64,000 bases of DNA from Balanoglossus misakiensis (taxonomy: Eukaryota; Animalia; Hemichordata), in contig CM082594.2 of the NCBI GenBank assembly GCA_040954595.2, positions 8,439,573-8,503,572 on the forward strand. Direction: 5' to 3'. Position numbers and translations under genes: made by a program. The notes under the pieces were generated by a model that saw nothing but the letters and a program-made list of their open reading frames with translations, did no database searches and was not told the DNA's origin. Below are positions 1 to 11,000 of the stretch, one piece after another (the first letter of the stretch is position 1; each line of letters opens with the position of its first letter).

Positions 1-791
1 CATGACCGTGGTTTACAATTGCACGGAGCCGGTCACGAGTTGCGTTTTGTAAGGGACTGTTATTCGATCGGTTCTGCCTGGCGAAGAGCTACAGTGGGAA
101 CAAGACACGGCTAACTGGCGAACATAAATACCAGTGGTCTTCCCTTGCTATGAGGCTGGCCACACAAAACCACAGTCCTGTGAGTCGCATGTAAGAAATA
201 CATTTATTTAGGTTTGAATTTATACATAGCTTTGTTAGAATGTTCAATGCAGAGGATATGTTACAGAAATACACCTGTTTACCTTATTTTTCGACTTCAA
301 AAACAATCGGAGAGTCTTTTGAAGGGAAAGAGAAGAAACGCCGACTGCAGGGGTAGAACCACAGCCATTTTGGCATGGAAGTTGACATAAACAATGTACA
401 AACTTGTAGGATATTTTCGGTGGTGTTGTGTGTTTGGAGGGGAAACTAGAAGGAGGTAACTCCAAAAGAGACCTTTTGGACCACAATAGTAAAAGTTCCT
501 ATTACAATTTTTGCAGAAACGACAAATCAGAGATCAGAAATAGTCAGCGACTCGAACATTTCGAGAAATTGTCTGCCTGCACTTGGTTTATTTTCTATCA
601 AAAATAATTTTTTAAGTAGACAAAATCGAAAAACAAGATTATTCAAAAGATTTTTTTAAATAACACTTCTACAATAAGCTTTTTAATTTACAGCATCGGA
701 GTACGGTGACGTCACAGTGGCAGAATTTGCCCCGTAATATCTGAGTCAAAATGTTGTCTTTCATACGAGGGACGGATGCCATTGCATTTAC

Positions 792-834
792 TCAAGTATA
801 CATACACACAATGGCATTTTCCTCAAAAGAGTTC
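792..834 (-). CDS. Possible terminal Irx coding exon (R-NSFEENAIVCMYT*)
   Basis: Strong minus-strand acceptor tatttggtttctacag ending at 835; fits phase 2 from the donor after 2639. Minus-strand AATAAA downstream at 592-587 and 208-203. No recognisable motif, and other acceptors (about 741 and 345) are also possible. Confidence 0.3.
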
Positions 835-2634
835 CTGTAGAAACCAAATACATACAAGGCATCTATCGCCCATCAAATTTATGAAAATGAAACACTGGCT
901 TGCTATTGATTCTCTCCGCTATCGTTTTCAAAGATTTTTTGGCAACTCGAATAAAAATTGGTCGTTGTTCTGCGTGAGTAGACAGATAGAGATTCTTTCC
1001 ACTACGGAAGGCATTTGATGAGTTCGGCAAGGTGGGTTGATTCTGTTCGCACGACGTGTCCTTCATCTTACGCCCCTATCGTCGACAGACACACAGTACT
1101 TTTTTCCCCGCGTTGTGAAACGTGAACAGGTTCAGTCGTTTTTTTTTTCGGTGGTCGCAAGGTGTTCACGCGCACGTGTAGTTCACATTTTGCATCTCGC
1201 AATGGCGTTCCATGCATCTCTTGAAAATTCAAACTAGCCTTAGTTTGTAAAAATGTACAAATATCGTTTGAAAAGCAGACACGGCAATCTCACTGAAGTT
1301 TGGCTTGGAAGTTCTTTGAAAGAAAAGTCTCTCTGAGTTTTGTTGTGTCAAATAATTGTAACAATAAACCTCGAATGCTTACTGAGCTAGATGTCTTTTG
1401 TAGTGAACGTTCCAACTGCGAATGTCTGCTTTAAATGCATCGGTGGACAAGGTCGTGGAATTTTTGGGCAGTCTACAGTGCATACATCGGTCACCGCGAC
1501 GATAGATTGGTGAGCGCCATAGCTGCATCATACTCCCTGTGTACAGGTAGTCCATTTACCGCCATATTTACTCCTAACCTATACCGAATAAAAAGAAACA
1601 GAAATGCAAAATAAATGACTAAATCAAAGGTCAAATTTCGTGCGGTGACTTCTCTTCCGAGGGCGTGAATAAGCGGGGATAACTGTCGACCGTCGTTTAA
1701 CGGAAGTGCGAAGTTATATTTCTCAAGCTTTTTGCAATTATCGCCCCCTAGTAGTTAAAATTTCAATAACCGTATAGTCAATTTTCGAATGATTGGGAGT
1801 AACGACGATTTATCGAGTCCGCCATGACGTGCATACAGACGCATCTACACGTCAAATCATAGGGACGTTTATACGGCTAGTGATATGACCGGTTTACTGG
1901 CGGCGGCCGCGGCAGTTTTCCGCACCGGTACCCGACTATGGTGTCGTGAAATAACACGGTGTGTGTGGGTAATCTCAGGGATGATAGACAAGCGGATTGC
2001 ACTCCGAGCAAATTGAATGGAAGACCAGCCACACACACACCAAAAATATTACTCCATTGTGTTTTTTTTTTCAGATGACGCTAACACTGAAGCGTAACTT
2101 AAACTGTGTCTTTTCTTAGCCTCAGAATTCCAATCAATAAGGTCCTCTATGTAATATCAATTAAAATTTAACATAAAAATTCTCAACGTATGCATGTCAA
2201 TTATTGAAGGATAATAGAATCTAAATGCTGGTCTAATCTATCAAATACGTTATTAGTAAAGGGGTATAATTGAACGCTTTTATAACTTCAACTGTGCAAA
2301 TTTCATGATTCGATCGGATGACAGGAATTTTCGCCGGGAACTCGGAAATATAAAGTGATTGAGGCTGATAATAACTCGACGTGACTTTAGACCGTTAGCT
2401 TTGACACGGAGAGGGTGGCAAGTCATGTGTGGCCATTGGCTTGGCAGACCCAAAGCAAATCGTCCCCCAAACCAAGTCGGTTGACACTACCGGAGACAAG
2501 GAGCGGGCTTAGCCAAGCGTTAAATGATTTACTACCGATGGAAATTGGGTCTGATCTCAAACAGATATGGAAAAAATAATAATAATAATAAACGAGAAAG
2601 GTAGAATAGGAAGATAGAAATAAGGGCTTACCTC

Positions 2635-2723
2635 TTACCTCTTTGCTACCGGTTTAAAAGCTGTTCGGATCGGATGATCGCTCGTCTCGTGGATCTGCGA
2701 CGATTTCTCGCCACGTAGCTCGT
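2635..2723 (-). CDS. Irx: Irx coding exon 6 (DELRGEKSSQIHETSDHPIRTAFKPVAKR, then stop or splice)
   Basis: Acceptor tttttgatttcag fits phase 1. Ends in an AFKPV.KR motif resembling the Irx C-terminal AFQPVPRR motif. In-frame TAA at 2637-2635 overlaps a donor AG|gtaaga. Confidence 0.82.
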
Positions 2724-3046
2724 CTGAAATCAAAAAGAAAACCACAATAAGAACCTAAAAAATTTAACTTGTGTCCGACTCCTTTGGATGTTTTCAGTTT
2801 TGTAGTACTTGAACCGGAAGAACTCTCTTGGTCGAGTATTTACAACGAAACAAAGATAGTTTGAAAGTTTGTGGGTCGGTTGAGCGGCTTCAAGGTTGAC
2901 ACGACATGACTTTAACCCTTCAGCCGATTGTCATGAATCTTAAGTTGTTGAAATTGTCATAGCTCTATAACGAAGAGAAAAGGCAACAAGTTGTTTGCTC
3001 GATATTGTCCGATAAAAGGGTGTGACTGTTATTGAATTTCACTCAC

Positions 3047-3676
3047 CGTCCCGGTGAAACGCCGCAGCCGCTATGCTGTATTTAGTGGCCTGGGCGCTGT
3101 TGTGGGCTATCATGGCCAGATCACGGCTTGGTCCCGTGTGTAACTCGCCACCGGCGGGTCTCATCAGCGCATTGTCCGTTCCCAACATGGGATTGTGCGC
3201 CGAGTGCGATAATACTGACGAGGCCGAGCTCCGACTGGCCGCACTGTACGCAATTCGCGACGCCTGGTGGGGGTGAAACACCCCGTCCACCCAGTGCTGC
3301 AGAGTGTTCACGTTAGCTTCCGAGCTGAGGTTGAGATGTGTTTGGAATGAGCTTGCGGAGAGAGTTTGCTGACATAGCGGTGACCTCTGTGGCAATTCCG
3401 GGCTGCTCGGGTTTGATGTCCGTGCCAGCGAAGCCAGTGACCAGATTTTCGGTTTGGGCGCCGGCTGCGGTTGCTGTTGACTTGGAGTTGAGGTAGCAGG
3501 CGTTATTCGACTTGTGCTAGAATTCTGCGAAAGTATCGGCGGGTCAGATAGACTCAGTGAATCGGCGTTACTCGAAGAATGCCTACAACTGTCTTCGTCT
3601 TTCACTCTCCCCTCACTGTCGTCGTCACTGTCATCTTTGGGATTATCTTCAATTTCATCGTTTTCTTTATCTGTGT
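3047..3676 (-). CDS. Irx: Irx coding exon 5 with IRO box (PKPKIWSLASLA)
   Basis: Acceptor ttctttttcag, donor G|gtgagt, 630 nt, phase 1-1. Lies inside ORF 3039..3836; contains the IRO box and LQHWVDGVFH. A second in-frame AG 6 nt downstream (3672-3671) is possible. Confidence 0.95.
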
Positions 3677-4333
3677 CTGAAAAAGAATAGGGGGGAAAAT
3701 CAGGTCGTAGTCTAAATGTGAGTTTAATACACAACTGTGCGCCAAGCGACAACCGCATTAAAAATTTACAAGACCCTTCCAAAACGGTGTTGAAGTATGT
3801 TGTTGAATACCACATAATTGTCATAATAATATTCATGTTCCGTTTATAAAAAACTTCAAACGACGAAGCAGCTGTTTGCTAAAACGTCGCTAAAGTACTG
3901 CCAAGTTTCTGTGAAAAGCCACCGATCAAAATTAAATCAACATGAGGCCACCGCTATCCTTGTCTTCGATACGATACAACACTTGAGCAGAAAATCCATT
4001 TTTTACAACCAATGAATGAAAACAGGGGTTGAATTAAGTTTCAGCTGACGGGACCGTTAGCTGCATTGAGCGCCGTTTGAAAGATTTCAAACCACTTCTC
4101 ACTGAGTGAATGAATTTTATTTCGGACATTGTTGAAGCCAGATAAAAACACAGATATTTGCCCGAGATATCCCTCGCCAATGTGTACGTGGTTTATGGAA
4201 TCTCTAGATCGATTTATTTGAAGTACTTTTTTCCCAGTGAAAAGTCCCCGAGTATAATATCGCAACGGGAAGTTAATAGGAGATGTGATACGATAATGAG
4301 TGAAGTAATTCGATTCATAAACCTATAACTCAC

Positions 4334-4680
4334 CTAGACTATCCAATCTTTCCGAGTGCTGGTCGTCATCGTCTTTCGTTTCATCCTTATCGTCGTCGTC
4401 GTTGTCCGGGTCGTCCGAATCATATTTTCTGTCGTCTCCGCACCTATTCCTCGGCGACCATGTCATTTTATTTTCCTTTTTAAGTCTGCGGCGAGCGTTT
4501 GCGAACCATGTGGAGACTTGGGTTAGGGTCATTTTAGTTATAATCGCCAGCATTATTTTCTCCCCTTTCGTTGGGTACGGGTTTTTGCGGTGTTCGTACA
4601 GCCAAGCTTTGAGCGTGCTTGTTGTTTCTCGCGTTGCATTTTTCCTCCTGGCGGCACCGTTAATATCGACTCCTCCATAT
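4334..4680 (-). CDS. Irx: Irx coding exon 4: TALE homeodomain plus acidic tract
   Basis: Translates as [78 protein letters not shown] followed by a D/E-rich stretch. Acceptor tttacag, donor G|gtgagt, 347 nt, phase 2-1. Confidence 0.98.
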
Positions 4681-4940
4681 CTGTAAACGGACGGAAAAGG
4701 TTGGTCAATTCATTGCTGTTGACACTCAACAACCCGCGCGCTATACCTCCCCCCATTTTAGCATTGCAAACCCCGACTGAACCACTTCTATTCAATTCCA
4801 CAGCACTAAACGTGTCTTCAAAACTACACATTTTAGACCATTTGAATTGTGCAAGGCTCTCCACGTGGACAATACCAAGTGAGAAATTTGAGTAGGAAAG
4901 ATTGTTTGTTGACTACACTTGTGTACATGGCAGTACATAC

Positions 4941-5047
4941 CTATCTCCGTAATATTGGTAAGTAGGGTCGTACGGGTAGCAGGCAGTTGGCTGATACGGC
5001 GAACTCCAGGTTCCATCAGCGCTAGATTTTAAATCATATGTCGTGTT
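4941..5047 (-). CDS. Irx: Irx coding exon 3 (NTTYDLKSSADGTWSSPYQPTACYPYDPTYQYYGDR)
   Basis: Acceptor ctattccag, donor AG|gtatgt, 107 nt, phase 0-2. YDLK and YPYDP motifs are typical of the Irx region upstream of the homeodomain. Confidence 0.9.
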
Positions 5048-5463
5048 CTGGAATAGAATCAAACCAGAAGATTAAGTAAGTTTTAAGCGAAAGGCGTCCT
5101 GTGTGTCGAAATCCCGAAGTTTAGCGTTTTCAGCCAGGACTTGGTCAGTGCAAACTGTTCGGTTGCATGTTGTGTGCCGGCGGATTCAGCTCTCGTCATA
5201 AACATGGAAATATCCACTTTACGATAATTAAAAGTATACACTTAAGAATCGTAACCGTGTTCGCTCTCATAGTTTGAAGCTGGTTGTCTTTCTCTGCCAC
5301 CTATTCTGCGTAATTATATCTAATAAAACTAAGACAAGTGGAACCTTATGTTAGCATTAGGGTATTGTGCGGTGCAAGATCGCCTTTATCCCGAAACAGA
5401 GCTGGGACGGGAATAGGGATCAACTTAACGGGGGTGTAAAAATTAGAAAACTTTGAGACGTAC

Positions 5464-5703
5464 CAGAGGTGAGTAGAAAGCCGAGGCATCTGTTCCGAAT
5501 GTCGGGACGTATCCTTGCTCGCTGGGATAGCTCGAGCCGTAGACAAAAGGCAGCCCTGCAACCCGTGAGTGCATGAGGGTTGCCGCACGGCTGGCGTCGT
5601 ATTGACACGAGCACACCGTCTGGCCCGTGTGCGGGTCTGTCATGATTGGGCGACCACCTTCACAACATGATGTGGAACTGTGGCTTACACTTGACATAAG
5701 TAA
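5464..5703 (-). CDS. Irx: Irx coding exon 2 (LLMSSVSHSSTSCCEGGRPIMTDPHTGQTVCSCQY...SAFYSPL)
   Basis: Acceptor ttgcag, donor CTG|gtacgt, 240 nt, phase 0-0. Contains the conserved Irx N-terminal Cys motif and AFYSP. Lies within ORF 5443..5721. Confidence 0.93.
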
Positions 5704-5968
5704 CTGCAACAGACCAAACAAAAAACAGTACGGTTAAACTCCGTGATTGGCTTTTTCCACCAATGTGAAATTTATAGCGCGAAAGCTGCAAGTTTTGTAG
5801 CTGGGGATTGCAATATGGTTTGCAGCGTGTTACGCCGGGCGGCCCGCTCAGCTGTGTGCATGGGCGGACTTCCCCCGGCGCGCTAAGAATACACGCATAT
5901 ATAAGAACTTCGTAATATCACCACGGTTTGTGAAATGCATGAGAAATTTAAGAGTGTCGGTGAATTAC

Positions 5969-6016
5969 CTGGGAAGACGTTGGGTATGGGTAACCAAGAG
6001 GGTAAGCTGCGGACAT
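5969..6016 (-). CDS. Irx: Iroquois homeobox gene, coding exon 1 (MSAAYPLGYPYPTSSQ)
   Basis: ATG at 6016-6014; 48 nt ending CAG|gtaatt in phase 0. The MS..YP.GYPY..sQ start is typical of Irx proteins. Too short for the ORF track. Confidence 0.88.
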
Positions 6017-6449
6017 GTCAGCTCTCTGGATTGCAAGTCCCGAATCGACTTGAAACAGTGATGGTAGCCGCGGTATTCAGTTCAAACTTAGTACTTTAAC
6101 TAAAACCGGTGTACATAAGTAGAATATGAAAAAACTCCTCGCGTGCCCAGTACGGCTTGGGGTTGGAAGACACCGTGTACTCTCCCGGACTCTCCTTTTT
6201 TTATCAAGGACGGGGGAAGGAACAGCGCTCTAAGTCCGATGATCTAAAAAGCTCCTGCTCTTTTGCCTGCCTTGGCAGACAGGTCACGGTAGCGGTGGTG
6301 GTGAGGAGGGTGCTCTGCACTGGTAGTCCGATCGGCCGTGTCTAACTGTATGTGGCTTACAACGCGATGTGGGCCTTGGTTCCTATGAAAAGCAAAGAAT
6401 GGGGTTGGTAACTACTATCTTATCAACCATGCATGTATGTACTCCCGAA

Positions 6450-6570
6450 ACATGCCTACGTCACATTGACATTTACTTGATGTGACAGTTCCGCTGAGAT
6501 TCACCAATCAAATTAATTTATGACCAAGCGAATACATTGGTCGAATGCGCCAAAATGATTGACAGCCGAT
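6450..6570. promoter_or_regulatory. Candidate Irx proximal promoter module
   Basis: Within 120 bp, about 450-550 bp upstream of the ATG: TGATTGACAG Pbx-Meis/Prep decamer (6556-6565), CCAAT (6504-6508), ATTGG (6536-6540), TTTATGA (6517-6523), TGACAG (6483-6488), CRE-like TACGTCA (6457-6463). Confidence 0.5.
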
Positions 6571-7947
6571 GAGTTGTTAACGTTCATTTAGCAGGCGAGA
6601 CAAGGATACAACAGACGGCGATTACAATGAAGCTCCGCCCACTGGGGGTGGACTGCATTTGAATGCCGGCCCATTTGGGTGTAGTTTTCGCGTGGAGAAC
6701 CAAAGCACGCCAGTATAATGAACGATAAGCAGTGTTTTGGCAGCGAAGCTGTGACCCCTTTGTAAGAACTCACTCAGAAAAAAATACAACACACAAATGT
6801 AAGCTAAATTTGATTGTAAATTAGTCGTTGTACTCGGCTCGGGGTGACGGCTTCTGCGCCCCGACCTTCAGGCCATGCGCGCGTAGCATGCGATCGTTGA
6901 CATGTTGCTGTCGTCCTCTCCTGGTTTCTTATTTTTCTCTCCCCATTTTATGCACTCTGTGTGTGGAGTGAATCCAAACCTTTGTACTTAGTAATCTCGT
7001 ACACGTATCGAACCAGTCCCTTCGTTGTTGTTATCAACACCATGCCATGTTTACAGCGTGTACAAGCTACTGCCACCGGCAAAATAACTCAATAACGTTT
7101 TTTCATTGCTCAGCTTTCGTTGAAACTAATGTATACTTTTCAATCACGCTAACAGTAGTGCTGCTTGTGTTGGGGGGAAAATCTCTTTAAATATTCAAAT
7201 CGTGTATGGACAGGCTGCAGTGTGTGTAATTTGAAATGCTTTGTTTTATGTTTTTTGACTTTGCTTTTGTTTGGAGTTTGTAAGTTGACTTATTGTATTA
7301 TAAACCTCTATGCTAATGACTGTGGAGGGGTATACTAGACCAACCCACCACCGACCTACATAGCCTATTCACACTCCCTCATTCTCACCCGGATTAAAAC
7401 GAAAACAAACTCGGATGGGAGGCGTTTTAGTCCGCTAAATCTCATTAAAACTTTTGTCTTGGGTCAAGTTAGCGTGCTCTATCAGCATCTGACGGCGCAA
7501 CTGATCACGAAGCCGGCTGCTCTCACAGTAGTATGCCGCAAACTTACAGAACCGCTAATCTTCGACAAAAAGTGCCGATGTTAGCCGGTTTACTATAGCC
7601 ATGCAACTTCCCATCGCCCGTCTATTCATCACTTTCACTCCCAAAACTTCAAATTCTTTTGAAAGTACAAGGAGATTTAGGCGCCTTTTATTCCACCGAA
7701 GCTTATCCTATAAATTAACAAAATAATTAACAAGTCGACATTGTTAGATTCTGACAACCGACCGGTTTTGTTTTTACAAAACTGTAGTGTCATGGTTTTC
7801 AAAACAATCTTGTTTGCAGATCATTAACTGATTTTTATGATTTTTGACTTTGTCATCGTGATCATCCCGAGCATATAAGGTCATGGCAGATCAAATGATT
7901 TATAAAGTCCAGGTTTTCATGCGAAGGCAAAATTCTTTTTGGAACTG

Positions 7948-8040
7948 TTGTCTGTCTGTCTGTCTGCCTGTCTGTCTGTCTACCTGTCTGTCTGTCTCTC
8001 TGCCTGCCTGCCCGTTTGCATGTCTGTATGCACGCATGCA
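7948..8040. repeat. Degenerate (GTCT)n microsatellite
   Basis: tgtctgtctgtctgtctgcctgtctg..., seen directly. Confidence 0.85.
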
Positions 8041-11000
8041 TGCACGTATTACTGTATTTGTGTAAGTATGTGTGCTTCTGTGAGTGTGTGTGTGTGGATG
8101 GATGGATGGAAAGCCTTTATCGACCTATCTTAATAACTTTATAGCCTCGCTGTGTTTTCAAATAAATATAGGTATTAGCACGTACCCGGGTTGCTGACGT
8201 CTAGCGAAATATACGCATCTAATTAGCTGTGAGGCAGGAAGCATAAAAGCAAGACCGAGTAGGGAAATCGAATACCTGGTGCGGTAGGTAAAAAATACAC
8301 AAGAGGTCTTGAGATTAGCTTTCGGTAGGTCTCCTCGCATGTATCGTGTCGTAGATAAGGTAAACACATAATAAACAATGAGAAAACAGTGTTGGCTCAC
8401 TTGCAGTCCATTTGGCCCGCAGCTCAGTTACTTTCGACAAACATGATACTGATCGCTGGCTGGACTTGGTAACATTCTCTTTCGTCTGTGGACAGAGAAA
8501 ACACCGCCCCTGCAAGCGATAATACCCGCGTGTACACGCTATACTCTGAATGCAGAATGTGCCGAATATCTTTCTGTTAGTAATATCAGATGAGAAGGAG
8601 GGAAGGCTTTAATCTGCCCGTTTGAGTTGAGAGGGCGACACCAGCCACGGAGAGAAACGGCGCTGGGCCCGGATTCGAATTTCGGTGACGCTCCATTAAG
8701 TTGATGTGGGATAATAAGTTGAGGAGCCCAAGGCTCGGATATATCTTTCATTTTTCATGGAAAGTTGCTGGAAGGATTACGAAACAAATTAAAACCATAG
8801 TTCGCTGGCAATGAAGAAAACTAATTATGATATGTAGCCGCTTGCTTCCAGCAATGTCTTTCCAACTTTCTCTTGGCAGCTGGCTCGTCTTTTCCTTCCT
8901 CTATTCGTTTTTTTTCTCCCCCTCAGAGCCGCTGACATTTGTATTCAGTCGGCATTTATGGTTTTTGGCGTGGATTTAAGCCTGGCGTGGTATGCGCATT
9001 TGGTTAATGCGAAACGACGGTGAGAGAGTCCCAATTAGCGATGTTGTCTATTTGGACAGCGTTGGGACTACAGCGTTGTGGTGCCAAGCAAATCCGGAGC
9101 TAATTCTCTGTTTACCCGCTCAGTTACAGCCGTGTAAGTGGCGCGCTAGGCAGGGCTTTGTATTTGGCGTGTAAATGCATATCATTGCCGTTCACATTCA
9201 ACATTCAAGATGGTATCTTTTATGAATAGCTCTAATGCTCAATTTCATGCTAATATCGCGTTGTGCCACACTTTGTGATAGCTGCCGACTCCATCCCAGC
9301 TTAGAGAGAGAAAGAGAGAAAAAGTAGTACTATATACAACAATGGGGGGTTTTGCTTTACACGTTTCTTTTGTCTGAATTCAAGATACTGTATGCTGAAA
9401 CAGTGAAATTAAAGATATTTTTGAGCCATCAAACATATCTTTTGTTCATCCAGCGGTGTGTTGTACAAGCAGTCCCCGGCGAACGGGTAAACCATGCATA
9501 CCCCGAACACGTTCACACGGACGATGACAATGCCGTGTTGTATAAGTTTACACGTTGCCTTTCTAAATGCGCGTCTCCAAACCTACCTAGACACATTAAC
9601 AACGTTAGTTATCGTTGGAAATGCGTTAAAACGATTTAATAATAACCTTGGAGGCATGCGCCTGTCACACATCCCGTTTTAACGTATCGCAGACGCGACT
9701 AAGCGGTGTGACTAGGGTCGTTCACGACCACCGTCTACCGTCGTTTCCATGTGGCCCGCCCGGTGCCCCAGTCATGATCGATTTACAACGTATTACGTCA
9801 CCGGTTTCTGTGAAGGTCTACTGAACTGAAGCCGTGTAATGCGAGTAGTCAGCGTCTGCACGTGGTCCGCCTTGTCCTCACGTCACTTCCACTCATAATT
9901 TATGATGCTCAATCAATGTGTTTCACACACAGCGTCGCTGGCGCAAATTTGTTCCCATTTACAACCAGTTACTAATGAGCGCGCATCAATTTGATGTATT
10001 TACACGATGATGACTTTGTTTACCCTGGCAATTTTCTAAAACACATAACTGGCGACGTAAAATTTGGTGATTATGATTACTGATTAGGTGTGGTCGTCCC
10101 CGTGTGGTGGGATACCATAACATTGCCTGGGCGTCCCTAAAAAGCAAACAGTACGCACAAGCGACCCCCTCACCGTGTTGAAATACCAAACTTGATAAAC
10201 TAATTTCCAAGCAAACAGTCCCGGACTCTTAATTACTTGGAACAGTTTACGTCTTGTTCAGAACATGTTAATGGCCGTTTTTTTCCTAACGGCGCGCCCG
10301 TCCATAGAATTTGACAAAAGCCATTAGACCAGTTGCGATGAGAATGTATCTTTCTTACACGGAGTCTTTTTTGGTGATTACAATAGCGATTCTGATCGTC
10401 GAAATTGCGATACCTCATGGGAGACTAGTATGCGTGTATCTAAGTTCGTACACCAGTTGTCTTGTTTGTTTGTTGCGTTGTAACAACATTCTCCGCATCC
10501 TCGTGCCATAGATACGCTGTTACTCATCAGCGGTTTATTTCTCTAGGGCCGCGGATGTCGCTGGCTATTGTTGTTGACATTTGAACGGGATGAGGCTGTC
10601 ATTTTTTTAGTTCAAAACATTTTTTCTTGTCTGAGCACGATTTCTGAAGATGCTTTCCATGCCCGCTTGACAACTCACGACGAGGCATTTTGTGAATGAA
10701 TGAAGGCACGCGGAGTTGATTTATTTACGTTGGCGACAAGCAAACAAACAGTCTTGTTTTCGCACGTTGGAAATTGGAAAGTAAAGAAGACGTAAACTCG
10801 TCAGGGCGATAGACAGCAGAAAGAGACTAGAGGGTGATTTTTTTTTACTTCCCTGCTGTGTACTTGTGTGGTTTAGCTCATCGTAGTAGTCTGAGGTTTA
10901 TCAGCGACCCTCATCCATGGCATCAACTTTCAAACCAGCCACTCTTAGAAAATGCAGATTGGGCGAAGTGGAGATGAGATGGCGACCTTTAAGGACACCC

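Noticed and set aside
3677-3836. N-terminal part of the 265-aa ORF 3039..3836
   Set aside because: Intron sequence that happens to be open upstream of the acceptor at 3678-3677; the real exon starts at 3676.
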